The notes under the pieces were generated by a model, which saw only the letters and a list, made by a program, of their open reading frames with translations, ran no database searches and had not been told where the DNA came from. Positions 29,195 through 40,920 of a stretch of DNA of 64,000 nt are shown here, piece after piece. The DNA comes from Mobula hypostoma (taxonomy: Eukaryota). The position numbers and the translations under genes were made by a program. The stretch spans positions 67,830,001 to 67,894,000 of the forward strand of contig NC_086108.1 in NCBI RefSeq assembly GCF_963921235.1. Reading direction: 5' to 3'. The number at the start of each line of letters is the position of its first letter. The stretch's first letter is position 1.

Positions 29195-31930
29195 AACAAG
29201 AAAGCTTGAGAAACTCAGCAGGTTGAGCAGAATTTCTGGAGGGAAAGGGGTGGTTGATGCTTTAGGTTGAGACTCTTCAACAAAAGTGGGAGTGTAGTTG
29301 GTATAGAGAGATGAGAGGGAAGGCAAGACAACAGCTGGTGATGAAAGAAAGAGTAAACTGTTTGGGAGATGGAGGGAGGTGGTGGGCAGCTGGAGCTGAT
29401 TGGAGGGACAGGTGCAACCAGGTGCAGGAGTGGATAGGGAAGATAGGCCAATGGAGAATGAATACAGGAGGACAGGTCTGTGTGTGTGATGACTAGATAG
29501 AAATGGAAAAGGTCAACAAAGGGAGAGAGAACCTAAAACCTAGGTGTACCAGTAGAAGTGGGAAAGGAACTCAGGGAACCTGAAGTTGGAAAATACAGCA
29601 TTCATACCACTGGATTATCAAGATGCTGTTACTCTTATTTGCATTCTACCATAGCCGTGGAAAAAGCTGAAGATGGGCGGGTCAGTGTGGGAACGGGAAG
29701 GGAACTCAAAGTAACATGCAACTTAAAGCTCAATGGCCAGAGTGGGCAGAGCCTAGGTCCTCAACAGAGCAAGCGCCTAATCTATGCCTGGCTTTGCTAA
29801 TGCAGACCACATTGAGAGCACCGAATGCAGGAAATGAGGTTGGATGAGGTGCTGTGAATCTCTACCTCACATGGAAGGGCTGTTTACGTTCCTGGATGGT
29901 GGTAGCTGAAGCATTGTTGGGACAATTGGAGGGATGAGCAGTCTGGAAAGTCAAGGGAAAAGTGGAAAATAGCTAAGGATGCTATTTTGGATGTACAGGT
30001 TGATGAGGCAAAGGAAATCTATCTCGGTGCCATCCGGGGGTGGGAGAGGTTGAGAGTACATGTCTGGGAAATGAAAGAAATGAAAGTGAAGCTCCATTAA
30101 CTACAGTGGTGGGGGAACCATATTCTCTGTGAAAGAAGGGCATTTCTAGGATCCAGGATTAGAAAGCCTCATTTTGAGATCAGATGCAGCAGTTATGTAT
30201 AAACTGAGAGAAAGGGATGGCTTCCTTACAGAAGACAAGTTGTGAGCCAGTGCACTTAAGGTAGATGTGGGAGCTAGTGTGTAAATATCCATGAATAGTT
30301 TATTTCTATGAGAAGGAGACAGAGAGGTCCAGAAAAGGGAGAGAAATGTCAGAAATGGTCCAAGTGAATTTGGGACAGGAGTGACAAAGGTGATAAAACT
30401 GATGATCTTCAAGGAGCCATGCCTTTGGAAGGATGCATCCATCACTAAGGCTCTCCACCACCCAGGACGTGCCCACTTCACACTGTCACCGTCAGGAAGA
30501 CACACACTCAGTGATTCAGCTTCGCCCCTGTGCCATACGATTTCTAAATGATCATTGAGCCCATGAATACTACCTCACTGCTTTTTTTATTTCTACTATT
30601 TTGTACTATTATTTTAACTTAACTACTTAATAATTGTTTCTTTCTCTATAATTATTTATCATGTATTTCATTGAACTGCTGTCATAAAGTTAACAAGTTC
30701 CACAACATATGCCAGTGATATTAAATCTGATTCTGATTCTGCTAGGTTTGAAACTAAACCTGATCCACATAGCCAACAAAAAGATGGGAGTTGTTGTGAT
30801 ACAGTGGCATGCCCATGATTACAAATTCTGATTTCCAGAAAGTGCATACAATATAGAGTTGAGGTATAAAGGATCATAGTGCTTAGAAACATGCCCTTTG
30901 GCCTAAATGTTCAATTTCAGCCAAGATTCCCATTGAAGTAAATTACATTTTCCTTCATTTGGCCCATATTCCTCTAAACCTTTCCTGTCAATGTAATTGT
31001 ACAAGGGCCTTCAAATGTTGTTAATGTACCTGACTTAACTACTTAATCTGGCAGCTCATTCCAAATTCAGACCTCCACCTGTATAAAAAAGTTTCCCCTC
31101 CAGTTACCATTAAATCTCTGCCCTCTCACCCTAAACCTTTTGTTCTTGATTTCCCATCTCTAGGGAAAATGCTGTGCACATTCACCCTAGCGATGCTCCT
31201 CATATTTTATTTTAAGTTTGTTGAGGCAAGAGCAGGAACAGAAAATTAGACCACCAAGACAATCCTGTTGGGTTATGGGCTGTGAGGAGTTGGGATGCTA
31301 TATCAGTTTATAGTCTGTGGAGGGGAGATCTCTTGATGTGATTACATCTAAATCCAGGAGAGGTGCGAGGTGTCTGTGAGCTGCTATCTGATCTCTGCAA
31401 GGTAAAAGTCAGTCCATGAGAAAAGAACTGCACTACCCTTGTCTGCATGATTGACGATAAGCACAGTTGCATAATGAGTCGAGTGCTGGGCATTTGGACA
31501 AGGTAATGTTGGAGTGGCTGATGGGCCAGTAGAATTTAGTAAGTCTCTTAATTCATAGAGAAATGCAGTGAATAAATCAGCAAAAATCATGCATGTAGCT
31601 GTTGGTGTCTTGAAATAACATGGTTAAGATGTTGGAAAGGAGTTTTTTATGCTACTTTAATTTTGATCAAACTGACGAAGTTAAGTGAAGTTATCATCTG
31701 AAGCCTGGAATCCTACAGTGGCAGTGCACCCATCAAATCCATTTTGCAGCTATTTGTTACTAACTCTACATTCCTCAAACAATAAGCCTGCAACAAGCTG
31801 CTAACTTCTAAATCGAGGTGGTTGAGTTTGTACCATAGGCCACAGACATCACCTTAAATTTCCCAAAGCGCTAGTGTGTTACTGAGTCCAGTTTCGAGTT
31901 CAGAAGATAAAGACCAATTATTAATAAATC
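29195..31930 (-). mobile_element. Degraded Penelope-like element interrupted by a Rex1 3' end (~30403-30741, +) and a CR1 3' end (~30870-31215, -)
   Basis: The reverse strand resembles the element at 50912-52265. HADKGSAV (Penelope ADKG motif) in ORF 31384-31590. Confidence 0.7.
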
Positions 31931-32399
31931 ATGAAGAAACTCAACCAAAAGCTACTGATATGAGCTTATAACCATTATTGCATTGTATTGCGTTCAGTTG
32001 CTGACTTGGCAAAATTGCATTTGAAGGCATATTTGTGTAAGTCACCAAAATGTGACCACTTTTATATTGATAACATTTCAGAGGGATCAGGACCAGTTCA
32101 ATGGTGCAAAATAGCTTTTGTTATATTTACTGATTTTTTTCTTGTTCTACTTGCATTCCTCTCTAATTTTGTCCTCACAAATGACTGCAAGTGTAAGGAA
32201 GAATATCTGACTTATTTTCCTCTCCGTATCCCCAAGGTGGAGGCCGGTTACTTTCTAACTTTGTTCCAATTCAGAAGAATATTCCAAAGTTCTAAACATT
32301 TTTAGGAAGCTTGCCCATCCAAAAATGGCCTACTTCTACGTCCACAATGTTGCTTAACTCCACCTGCACCAACTCATCAGCTACTGAAACCATCAGTCA

Positions 32400-33045
32400 T
32401 GTGAAACACCCTGGATTCCTTGGCTGCATGAGTCTAAGGAAGACAATTTCCAGCCCCGCCAACTCATGAGATTGAGGTGCTCGATCCCACCTTGTGTGGA
32501 TACTATGTAATTCGTTGCAAATTAGTGCCATGAAATAACAAACAGTACATTGCATACGATTAAAAGGAATTATATTTATGAAACTTAACTAAAAGTTTAG
32601 AAAAGAATAACAAAAAGAAAAGGGCCCATTCTAATTAAACAGTAAAATGTGCACAATTTGGAGCTCATCTTGAACTTTTCTGTCACTTTCGCACTGGGCC
32701 CTCGGTCAACGTGAAAGCACACACCACCTTCTGAATGTTGCTCGCAATCCATCTTGAGCAAACAGGTCTCCCACTGGTCCATATGCTATGACCCATTCTC
32801 CCCAGTGTCTTCTCTCCTCATTTCCCACCGAACAAAAGCCCCAAGCCCAACCTTAGTGTCCCTCACCAGAAAAACCTCCCCTTAATTCGATCATCCTAAT
32901 CGGCACACATTTCTCCTCATCTCTTATCTTCCACAAAAACCCGAATAAGCATGAAAACACAACAGACTGCTCAAACAGAACAGAACTGCCAAAAATGAAA
33001 TACATACAGCATAACAGTAAAAACACGAAATATGTATTTGATATT
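32400..33045 (-). mobile_element. Probable solo LTR
   Basis: ~650-bp block beginning TGTGAAACACCC with distinct composition and no coding signal. Family not established. Confidence 0.35.
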
Positions 33046-33440
33046 TTTCTGATTTGATTATTCCATATGCTCCTAGCTGACCTCTTTCATTGGAATAATA
33101 GAATCTTACAGCACAAAAACAGGCTCTGTATCTCACATGCTCATACTGACCATTATGTGCCCATTAATACTAATATCATTTTCCAACACTTGGCCCATTG
33201 ATACCTATGGTTCAGCATTTCAACAAAATTCTAGCAGGTCTAGAAAATTTTCAAATGTTGTTACATATTTGCCTTCTCCACCATCTCAGACAGTGAGTTC
33301 CAGGTTCCAAACCATCCTTAAGTCAAAGAAAAAAATCTTCCTCAGATTCCTTCCAAATCTCCTACCCTTTGTCTTAAACTATATTCTCTGTTTTTAGCCA
33401 TCAATGCTATGAGGAAAACCTTATTATTACCTAGCTTATC

Positions 33441-33690
33441 TGTTGTGTATTTAACATTTCAGTGACTTTTGAGTAATATTGTAAATATATTGTTGGATTA
33501 AGCATTCTTACTTTGTTATATAATTCATTACAGGTTATATAAAGAGGTACAGGAATGACATACACCATTATGTCATCATGTCATATGTGTGCACCTCACT
33601 AAAGAAAAGAAAAAGTAAAACAATGTAGACACATTCATCCTGCTCCTGTGTTTTCCTTTCAATTAGTTTCTAGAGTTACAAAACATAACA
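33441..33690 (+). repeat. Gypsy 5' LTR
   Basis: TGTTGTG...CATAACA. Its terminal ~48 nt are nearly identical to 39295-39342. Confidence 0.9.
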
Positions 33691-36253
33691 ATGGTGATGA
33701 GTAAATTTTTTTTAAAAACCCGAGACGACTATCTACTTGTTGAAGCGCAGCATACTTTTTTCTTCACAAGGGAAGAAAGATGAATGAGTTAAAAAAAAGC
33801 AGAAAACAGACAAAATTTATGGGTTCATAAACAGTGACAATGATAATACATTTTTTAAAAGCAGAAACAGCTGGCTATATTGGAAAGATAGATGTGTTCG
33901 ATTGCACAGCAGATAACTGGGTGATGTATATGGAATGAATTAAGTAGTATTTTGAAGCAAATGAAATAGCCAGTTTTTCTGAGTGTAATATATGGAAAAT
34001 CATACAGCTTGCTTAACAGTTTGGCTTCTCCAACCAATCCAGCCAGAATGAGCTTTGCTGATATCATGAAAGTAACATAGGAAAATTTAGAACCAAAATG
34101 ATTGTTGCTTGCAGAATGCTGTAAGTTTCATAAGTGGAATCAAAATGAAAGGGAGCCCATTTCAGCATATGTAGCTGAATTGAAGAAATTGTCCAAGCAT
34201 CGTCTGTTCAGTGATGGGCTTAATGATGCACTGAGAGATTATTTACTTTGTGGAATCTTACAAGAAATCTTTCAAAAACAGCTCCCAACTTCAAGTTGTG
34301 AAGCACAATTCACATTTAAAAGAGCAGTTGGAATCACTCTTCTTGCAGTCAGGAATGGAAGTAAGCATGAACAAAATTGTAATGTCTAAACAGAAACCTG
34401 CCTGGCCGAACAAAATGTGTTACCGTTGTAACAGGAACTCACTTTCACCAGATCAATGCAGGTTTAAAGGTGAAACCTGCAGAAAAAGCAGCAAAGTAGG
34501 ACATATGCAAAGAGCATGTCGGGCAGACAAAAATAAATGGACTGCACAGGGAAGAAGAAAAGATAAAAAGTCAATTTGCAGTTTCAAAACGAGCACTAAT
34601 CTGCATGCTGTTGATGAAAAGTATGATAATGATGAGTGTGACACAGGAATGAATAGCCTTGAGACTTATAATGTAAAAACTAACAAGACATAACCAATAT
34701 GGTTTATACTTGAAGTGAATGGCAAATTAATTAAAAAGGAAGTGGGTACTGGCTCAGGTGTTTCAGTCATTCCACAAAATGAGTTTGAAAGGCATTTCAA
34801 AGATACTGAACTGAAGCCTGCAGATATCTAACTAAGAACTTATACTGGAGAAAAATTCATAACAGTGAAATACAACAAGCAACAAGCCACATTGGGCTTG
34901 TATATGGTAAAAACAGGAGGGTCAGTATTGTGGGGCTGTGATTGGCTGAGACAACTATAATTTGATTGGGGATCCACCTACAATTTGCATGACATATCCC
35001 CTGCAATAGAGTCAACTGAAAATGAATTAAGAAAAGGTACCGGACTATGCCACAGGAGTGTTCAAGGATAGCACTGGAAAACTCAGACATATTAAGGGTA
35101 AAGAAGCATTAAATGAAAATGCCACACCCAAGTATGGCCACACCCTTCTGGTCCATATACCATCCAAGATGAAGAATCCAGTGAGCTAGATCACATGGAA
35201 GCTGAAGGAATTATTTGTAATGGTGAGTGGAGCCCATGAACAATGCCAGTGGTCCCAGTAGCCAAGATGGATGGGTCTTTCAAGACCTGTGGTGATTTTA
35301 AGGTCAGCATCAACCCAGTACTGATAGTAGAACAATATCCTCTGCCCAGGATAGAGGACAACTTTGCAAACCTTTCTGGAGATAAATACTGCAAGGTGGA
35401 CTTAACTGAGGCTTACCTACAGATGGAGATGGAAGAAGAGTCCAAAGTGTTTCCCACCATAAACATTTACAAAGGGCTTTATTGACATAATAGGCTTATT
35501 TTTGGAGTAACATCTGCACCTGCCCTCTGTCAGAAAGCTACGGACCAGGAGCTGCAAGGCAGCCCAGGCTCTCAGCATTCCCTGGATGACAAGGAACATC
35601 ACCAGAATCTCAAGACAGTGTTAAAAAGATTAGAACATTATGGGCTCAGATCTCAATGCAGCAAGTGTGAATTCTTTAAACAAAACATCACTTACAGTGG
35701 TCACACCATTGACACACAACTATTACACAAGTGTGCTGAGAAAATTCAAGCAGTGGTGGATGCCCCAAGGCCAAAGGACCGGTCACTGTTGTGGTGGTTT
35801 TTAGGATCGGTCAATTACTGTAACAAGTTCCTACCAAACCTGGCGACTGTGCTCCACCCCTTGAACTCATTACTACAGATTGGGAAGAAATGGCAATGGA
35901 AAAAACAGTGTGATGTGGCTTTCCAAAAGACAAAGGAAATAGTGACACCAGACAGTGTACTCACACATTACGATTCGCATTGTCCGGTGAAGCTTGCCTG
36001 TGACACTGTATAGGTGCAGTTAAGTCACATGTTATGTGTGATGGAAGTGAACGCTTCATAGCCTTGGCATCCTGTTCTCTTACTGCTGCAGAGAAAATTA
36101 TGATTGACAGAGAGGTCTTGAGTCTGGTTTGGAGTGTAAAACTTTTCAACCAGTTGAACCGCATTACTGATCATCAATCACTAGTGGCTGGGATCAAGAA
36201 ACGATCTCAAGCGGAATTGAAAAATTGAGCAGAAAGCAACCGCTAGACAAGTG

Positions 36254-36817
36254 CTGACGAAGGGTCTCAGCCCGAAACGTCGACTGTGCCTCTTCCTAGA
36301 GATGCTGCCTGAGTCCTGACGAAGGGTCTCGGCCCGAAACGTCGACTGTGCCTCTTCCTAGAGATGCTGCCTGAGTCCTGACGAAGGGTCTCGGCCCGAA
36401 ACGTCGACTGTGCCTCTTCCTAGAGATGCTGCCTGAGTCCTGACGAAGGGTCTCGGCCCGAAACGTCGACTGTGCCTCTTCCTAGAGATGCTGCCTGAGT
36501 CCTGACGAAGGGTCTCGGCCTGAAACGTCGACTGTACCTCTTCCTAGAGATGCTGCCTGAGTCCTGACGAAGGGTCTCGGCCTGAAACGTCGACTGTACC
36601 TCTTCCTAGAGATGCTGCCTGAGTCCTGACGAAGGGTCTCGGCCTGAAACGTCGACTGTGCCTCTTCCTAGAGATGCTGCCTGAGTCCTGACGAAGGGTC
36701 TCGGCCTGAAACGTCGACTGTACCTCTTCCTAGAGATGCTGCCTGGCCTGCTGCGTTCACCAGCAACTTTGATGTGTGTTGCTTGAATTTCCAGCATCTG
36801 CAGAATTCCTGTTGTTT
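36254..36817 (+). repeat. Penelope-like-element terminal fragment with 8 tandem 62-bp units, each a minimal type I hammerhead ribozyme motif
   Basis: Unit GAGTCCTGACGAAGGGTCTCGGCCYGAAACGTCGACTGTRCCTCTTCCTAGAGATGCTGCCT. CTGACGA cores at 36254, 36316, 36378, 36440, 36502, 36564, 36626 and 36688. TSD GCTAGACAAGTGCT (36242-36255 / 36818-36831). Confidence 0.88.
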
Positions 36818-38514
36818 GCTAGACAAGTGCTAGCGGGTTTATGACTGAGCACTGAACCTATGTTCAGGTATTCCTTAAATACTCAATTCTTGGTTACCAA
36901 AACATGAGTATCAGTTAACGGGAATGTCCTAAGCCCTTAAAAAGGCTGCACCAGCTATCCATACTCTGGAGAGCTAGAGCATTTAGACCTCAGAAGCTGG
37001 CGTGGTTGGGAGTGTCCCATAACAGTTCCACTAACGCAGCACGAGTGCAGGGACGGGTTCTGATCCTGGGCGGACACAACTACAAGACTGAAATCAGGAG
37101 GACAACTAATTATGGTAATGCTGATCGATTGTCCTGTTTCCCCCTGGAAAAAGAAATACCTGAAAAATTTACACTCTTATTTACAATCTTATTGATGTGT
37201 TCTCCCTAATGCAAATCGGAAGTCTCCCTATTATGGCAGAGCTGATCCAAAAGGAATCCGGAAAAGACTCCACACTGTCTCAGGTCTACATTGCAATTCA
37301 AAATGGCTGGAATGTGCAGCAGAAATTTCAGTTCCCCCATTTTTACCGGTGCTGAGATGAACTTGCTCTTGACAGGGGTTGCCTTATGTGCAGATTGAGA
37401 GTTGTTAAACAATCCAAGTTGAAAGTTAAAGTGCTGGAGGGAGCTACATGCTGGTCATCCAGGTGTGGTCAAAAGGGAAGTGTTGGCTCAAAGCTGAGTT
37501 TGGTCATCTGGAACAGATCAGTAGACTGAGCAGCTTGGCATGCACTGTTTGGGATGCCAACATGTCCAGAAGATGCCAAGAGTAGTACCTCTCCATCCCT
37601 GGGAATGGCTGCAGTGCCCTGGCAGAGGATTCATGTGGATTCTGCTGGACCATTCAAGGGCACAAATTACTTTGTCGTAGTGGATGTAGCTACAAAGTGG
37701 CCAGAAGTGTTCCCAATAGCCTCCACTACAGCCTTGCACACTGCTGATGTGTTGAGAAGCCTCTCCTTAAGGACTGGTGTTCCAGACCACTTAGTAAGTG
37801 ACAGTTTGGTGCAGAACAGTTTCAGTAATTCTTGAGAGTGAATGGAATAGGATACGTTGATCAACACTCTACCACCCAGCTACGAATAGTTTGTCAGGAG
37901 GTTTGTGCAGAGTCTAAAGAACACTCCATGAGCACACTACACTAACAGTGAATCAGAAGCTCGCCTATTTCGTCCTTGCATAGCACAGTGCAGCACACTC
38001 CACAACCAACAACTCACCAGCTATGCTGTTCCTGAGTCACTCCTTGCACTCAAACTTGGATCTCCTCAAACCCAGTCTCAAAAGGAACTTGCAGGACAAG
38101 CAGCTGAGACAAATGCAGGGCTCCGTAAACAGGGAGGCTGATGTTTCACTCCTGGACAGGCAGTCCTGGTGAGGGACTACAGAGGTGAACAAAAGTGGTG
38201 ATTAGGAAAGATTAAGGACCGAACCAGACACTCAGCTACATATGAAGATTGTGTCTGATGTCATCCTGAGACGTCACATCAATCAGTTGAGGAGGGCAGA
38301 GTTGATTTTTGGAGAAGAATCATGTCCAGAGCTGTCAGAACTACTTCCTGCAGTCCCAGAGTCAACTCCTACAATCACTGCAGATAAGGCTCCTGAACCT
38401 GAGATTGCTTCACAACTACAAGTCTCACCTGCCAAGCAGAGTGACCTCACCTTTGTCAGGAAAGAAATGCTCCACAGCCATTAGATCTTTAAGCCTGAGT
38501 GTGACAATATAGAA

Positions 38515-39342
38515 TTGTAAATATATTGTTTGATTAAGCATTCTTTGGTTGTTTACAGAATTCATTATTGGTTATAAGACCATAAGATATAGGAGCAGAA
38601 TTAGACCATTTGGCCCATCAAGTCTGCTCCGCTATTTCATCATGGTTGGTCCAATTTTCCTCTCAGCCCCAGTCTCCTGCCTTCTCTCTGTATCCCTTCA
38701 TGCCCTGACCAATCAATAATCTATCAACCTCTGCCTTAAATATACATAAAGATTTGGCCTCCACAGCTGCCTGTGGTAAATAATTCCACAGATTCACTAC
38801 TCCCCGGCTAAAGAAATTCCTCCTGATCTCAGTTCTAAAAGGACGCCCCTCTATTCTGAGGCTGTGCCCTCTGGTCTTAGACTCCCCCACCATAGGAAGC
38901 ATCCTCTCCACATCCACTCTGTCAAGACCTTTCACCATTCAACTGGTTTCAATGAGGTCACCCCTCATTCTTTTGAATTCTAGTGAAGACAGGCCCAGAG
39001 CCATCAAACACTCTTCATTTGACAAGCCATTCAATCCTGGAATCATTTTTGTGAATCTCGTTTGAACCCTCTCCAGTTTCAGAACATCCTTTCTAAGATA
39101 AGGGGCCCAAACCTGCTCACAATGCTCCAAGTGAGGCCTCACCAGTGCTTTATAAAGTCTCCACATTATATCCTTGCTTTTGTATTCCAGTCCTCAACAA
39201 TTATATATAAGAAATACGTTTATGGCATATATCATTACACCACCACACCATATGTGCTCACCTCACTAAAACACTGTAGACACGTTTATCCCGGTTCCTG
39301 TGTTTTCCTTTCAATTAGTTTCTAGAGTTTCAAAATATAACA
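38515..39342 (+). repeat. Gypsy 3' LTR, lacking its 5' end and split by a CR1 fragment
   Basis: ttgtaaatatattgtttgattaagcattct matches the 5' LTR. The match resumes at ~39200 and ends ...AATATAACA. Confidence 0.85.
38577..39195 (-). mobile_element. CR1 3' fragment inside the Gypsy 3' LTR
   Basis: ORFs 38663-38938 and 38939-39166 and a TCTTATGGTCT tail. Confidence 0.92.
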
Positions 39343-39492
39343 TTATCTACGTCCCTCATAATTTTCTATATTTCATTCAGGCCATCTCTATTGCAAGGAA
39401 AACAAACTCAGCCTATCCAGCCTCTCCTGAGGACAGAATTTCTCCATCCCAGGCAATATTCTGATGAATAACCTGTGTATCTCTCCTGTGTA

Positions 39493-39783
39493 GACGAACG
39501 CCTTAACCACTTGACCACGCGCCAACACAATTTAGTTCAAGCCTTGGCTGAGGCAACATGTGTGTCCTTGAGCAAGGCACTGAACCACACATTGCTCTGC
39601 GACGACACCAGTACTAAGCTGTATGGGTCCTAATGCCCTTCCCTTGGACAACATCGGTGGCGTGGAGAGGGGAGACTTGCAGCATGGGCAACTGCTGGTC
39701 TTCCATACAACCTTGCCCAGGCCTGCGCCCTGGAAACTCTCCAAGGCGCAAATCCATGGTCTCATGAGACTAACAGATGCCTG
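39493..39783 (+). mobile_element. tRNA-head SINE with an inverted 5' segment
   Basis: TSD TCTCCTGTGTA (39482-39492 / 39784-39794). The first ~40 nt are the reverse complement of the A-box head ggcgcgtggtcaagtggttaaggcgttcgtc. Confidence 0.75.
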
Positions 39784-40529
39784 TCTCCTGTGTAATCATG
39801 TCTTTCCCAAACTTGACATGCTTCGCCTGTGACCTAACCAATTTTTTGTAAAGTTGTATCATAAACTTAAATGACAAAGTTTTATGCCATGGCTAATGAA
39901 AGCAAGAATCCCTTACTCATTCTGAACCACCTCTTCTTTCCATGCTGCTGACTTCAGAGATCCTAGGACTTCTGCCTCTCTGTTCCAGTCATTCATTGTT
40001 TATGTTATAGTCCATCCAAAATAGATGGGTCAAGTAAAATCTGATCCATTGAATTTGGTCTGCCAGGAAGCTCTGTCTTGTATTCACTTCCTTCCTTTCT
40101 CACTGGAGTATTTCGAATCTGTATGAAAAGTATTTCTGAAGGAGTCCCATTGCTTACTTACTGTTTACCTTCTAATCTTTGATTCTAATCCACCTGGAAT
40201 ATACCCCTCTTACAAATGACTGAAATTAGTCTTCCTCCTTATTCTTTTTCAGTAACCACTCCAAACCTAATGCTTCCTAAATGTTCTAATGCTGAAACAT
40301 ACTGCATCTGCTGTACTTCATTACCAAGACCTTGAACATTCTCTTTCCTCGTGAAACTACATGCAAACTGATCACTGAAACATCTCATTTGCCAAGTGGA
40401 GTTAATTACTGCACATATGCTCAAAATGAACTTTCTCTTCAAGTTAAGCTAAATAATTTGATACAGATGACTTCACTATTCTTAACTGCTGCTACCGTTT
40501 CTGCATTAACACTATGATTTCATCAGGAG

Positions 40530-40920
40530 GTAGAGAAAAGTGTTCAGTTGTGGCCTGGTGCTGCTACTCCAGCTTCATGGATTCAGTCCTGACAGCAGGT
40601 GCTGTCTGGGTGAAATTTGTATGTTTTCTCTGTGATCACGTGGTTTCTGCTGGGTCAAAGGTTAAGGGTGAATGGTGAAATATTTCAGGGCAGCTGAGGG
40701 GGAACTTCTTCATTCAGAGGTTGGTACGATTGTGAATCAAATTGTCAGTGGAAATGGCGGATGCGTGTTCTGTTATCATATCTAAAACAATTTTGGTTAA
40801 GTTTATGGATGTGATGGATGTGATTCAGCTGTGATTATGCAGAATAACAGTTCAGCAAGGATTGGATGAGCTGAAGGGCCTGTTTCTGTGCTGTTGTGAT
40901 CTATATTTATGATTCTATCC
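40530..40920 (+). mobile_element. SINE fragment followed by a CR1 3' end
   Basis: tRNA-like head, then ggggaacttcttcattcagagg...gaagggcctgtttctgtgctgt..ctatatttatgattcta. Confidence 0.6.

Larger units (their letters stand above)
33441..39342 (+). mobile_element. Full-length degraded Ty3/Gypsy LTR retrotransposon
   Basis: TG...CA termini and a 5-bp TSD TTATC (33436-33440 / 39343-39347). 5' LTR 33441-33690 is followed by PBS-like TGGTGATGAG. Gag zinc-knuckle-like CYRC..C and CRKSSKVGHMQRAC, RT PVVPVAKMDGSFKTCGDFKV, RNase H KLACD/ITDHQSL and integrase PWQRIHVDSAGPF occur in Gypsy order. Confidence 0.93.
33095..40010 (-). mobile_element. Old CR1 3' fragment (33095-33440, 39343-39492, 39784-40010) hosting the Gypsy element and a SINE
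   Basis: CR1-like reverse-strand sequence resumes across both TSDs (ttatct.. tccctcataattttctata.. ggaaaacaaactcagcctatccagcctctc). Confidence 0.65.

Noticed and set aside
36254..36745. CRISPR-like regular repeat array
   Set aside because: Head-to-tail units with no unique spacers, no cas genes and a vertebrate context. The unit is a Penelope-type hammerhead.
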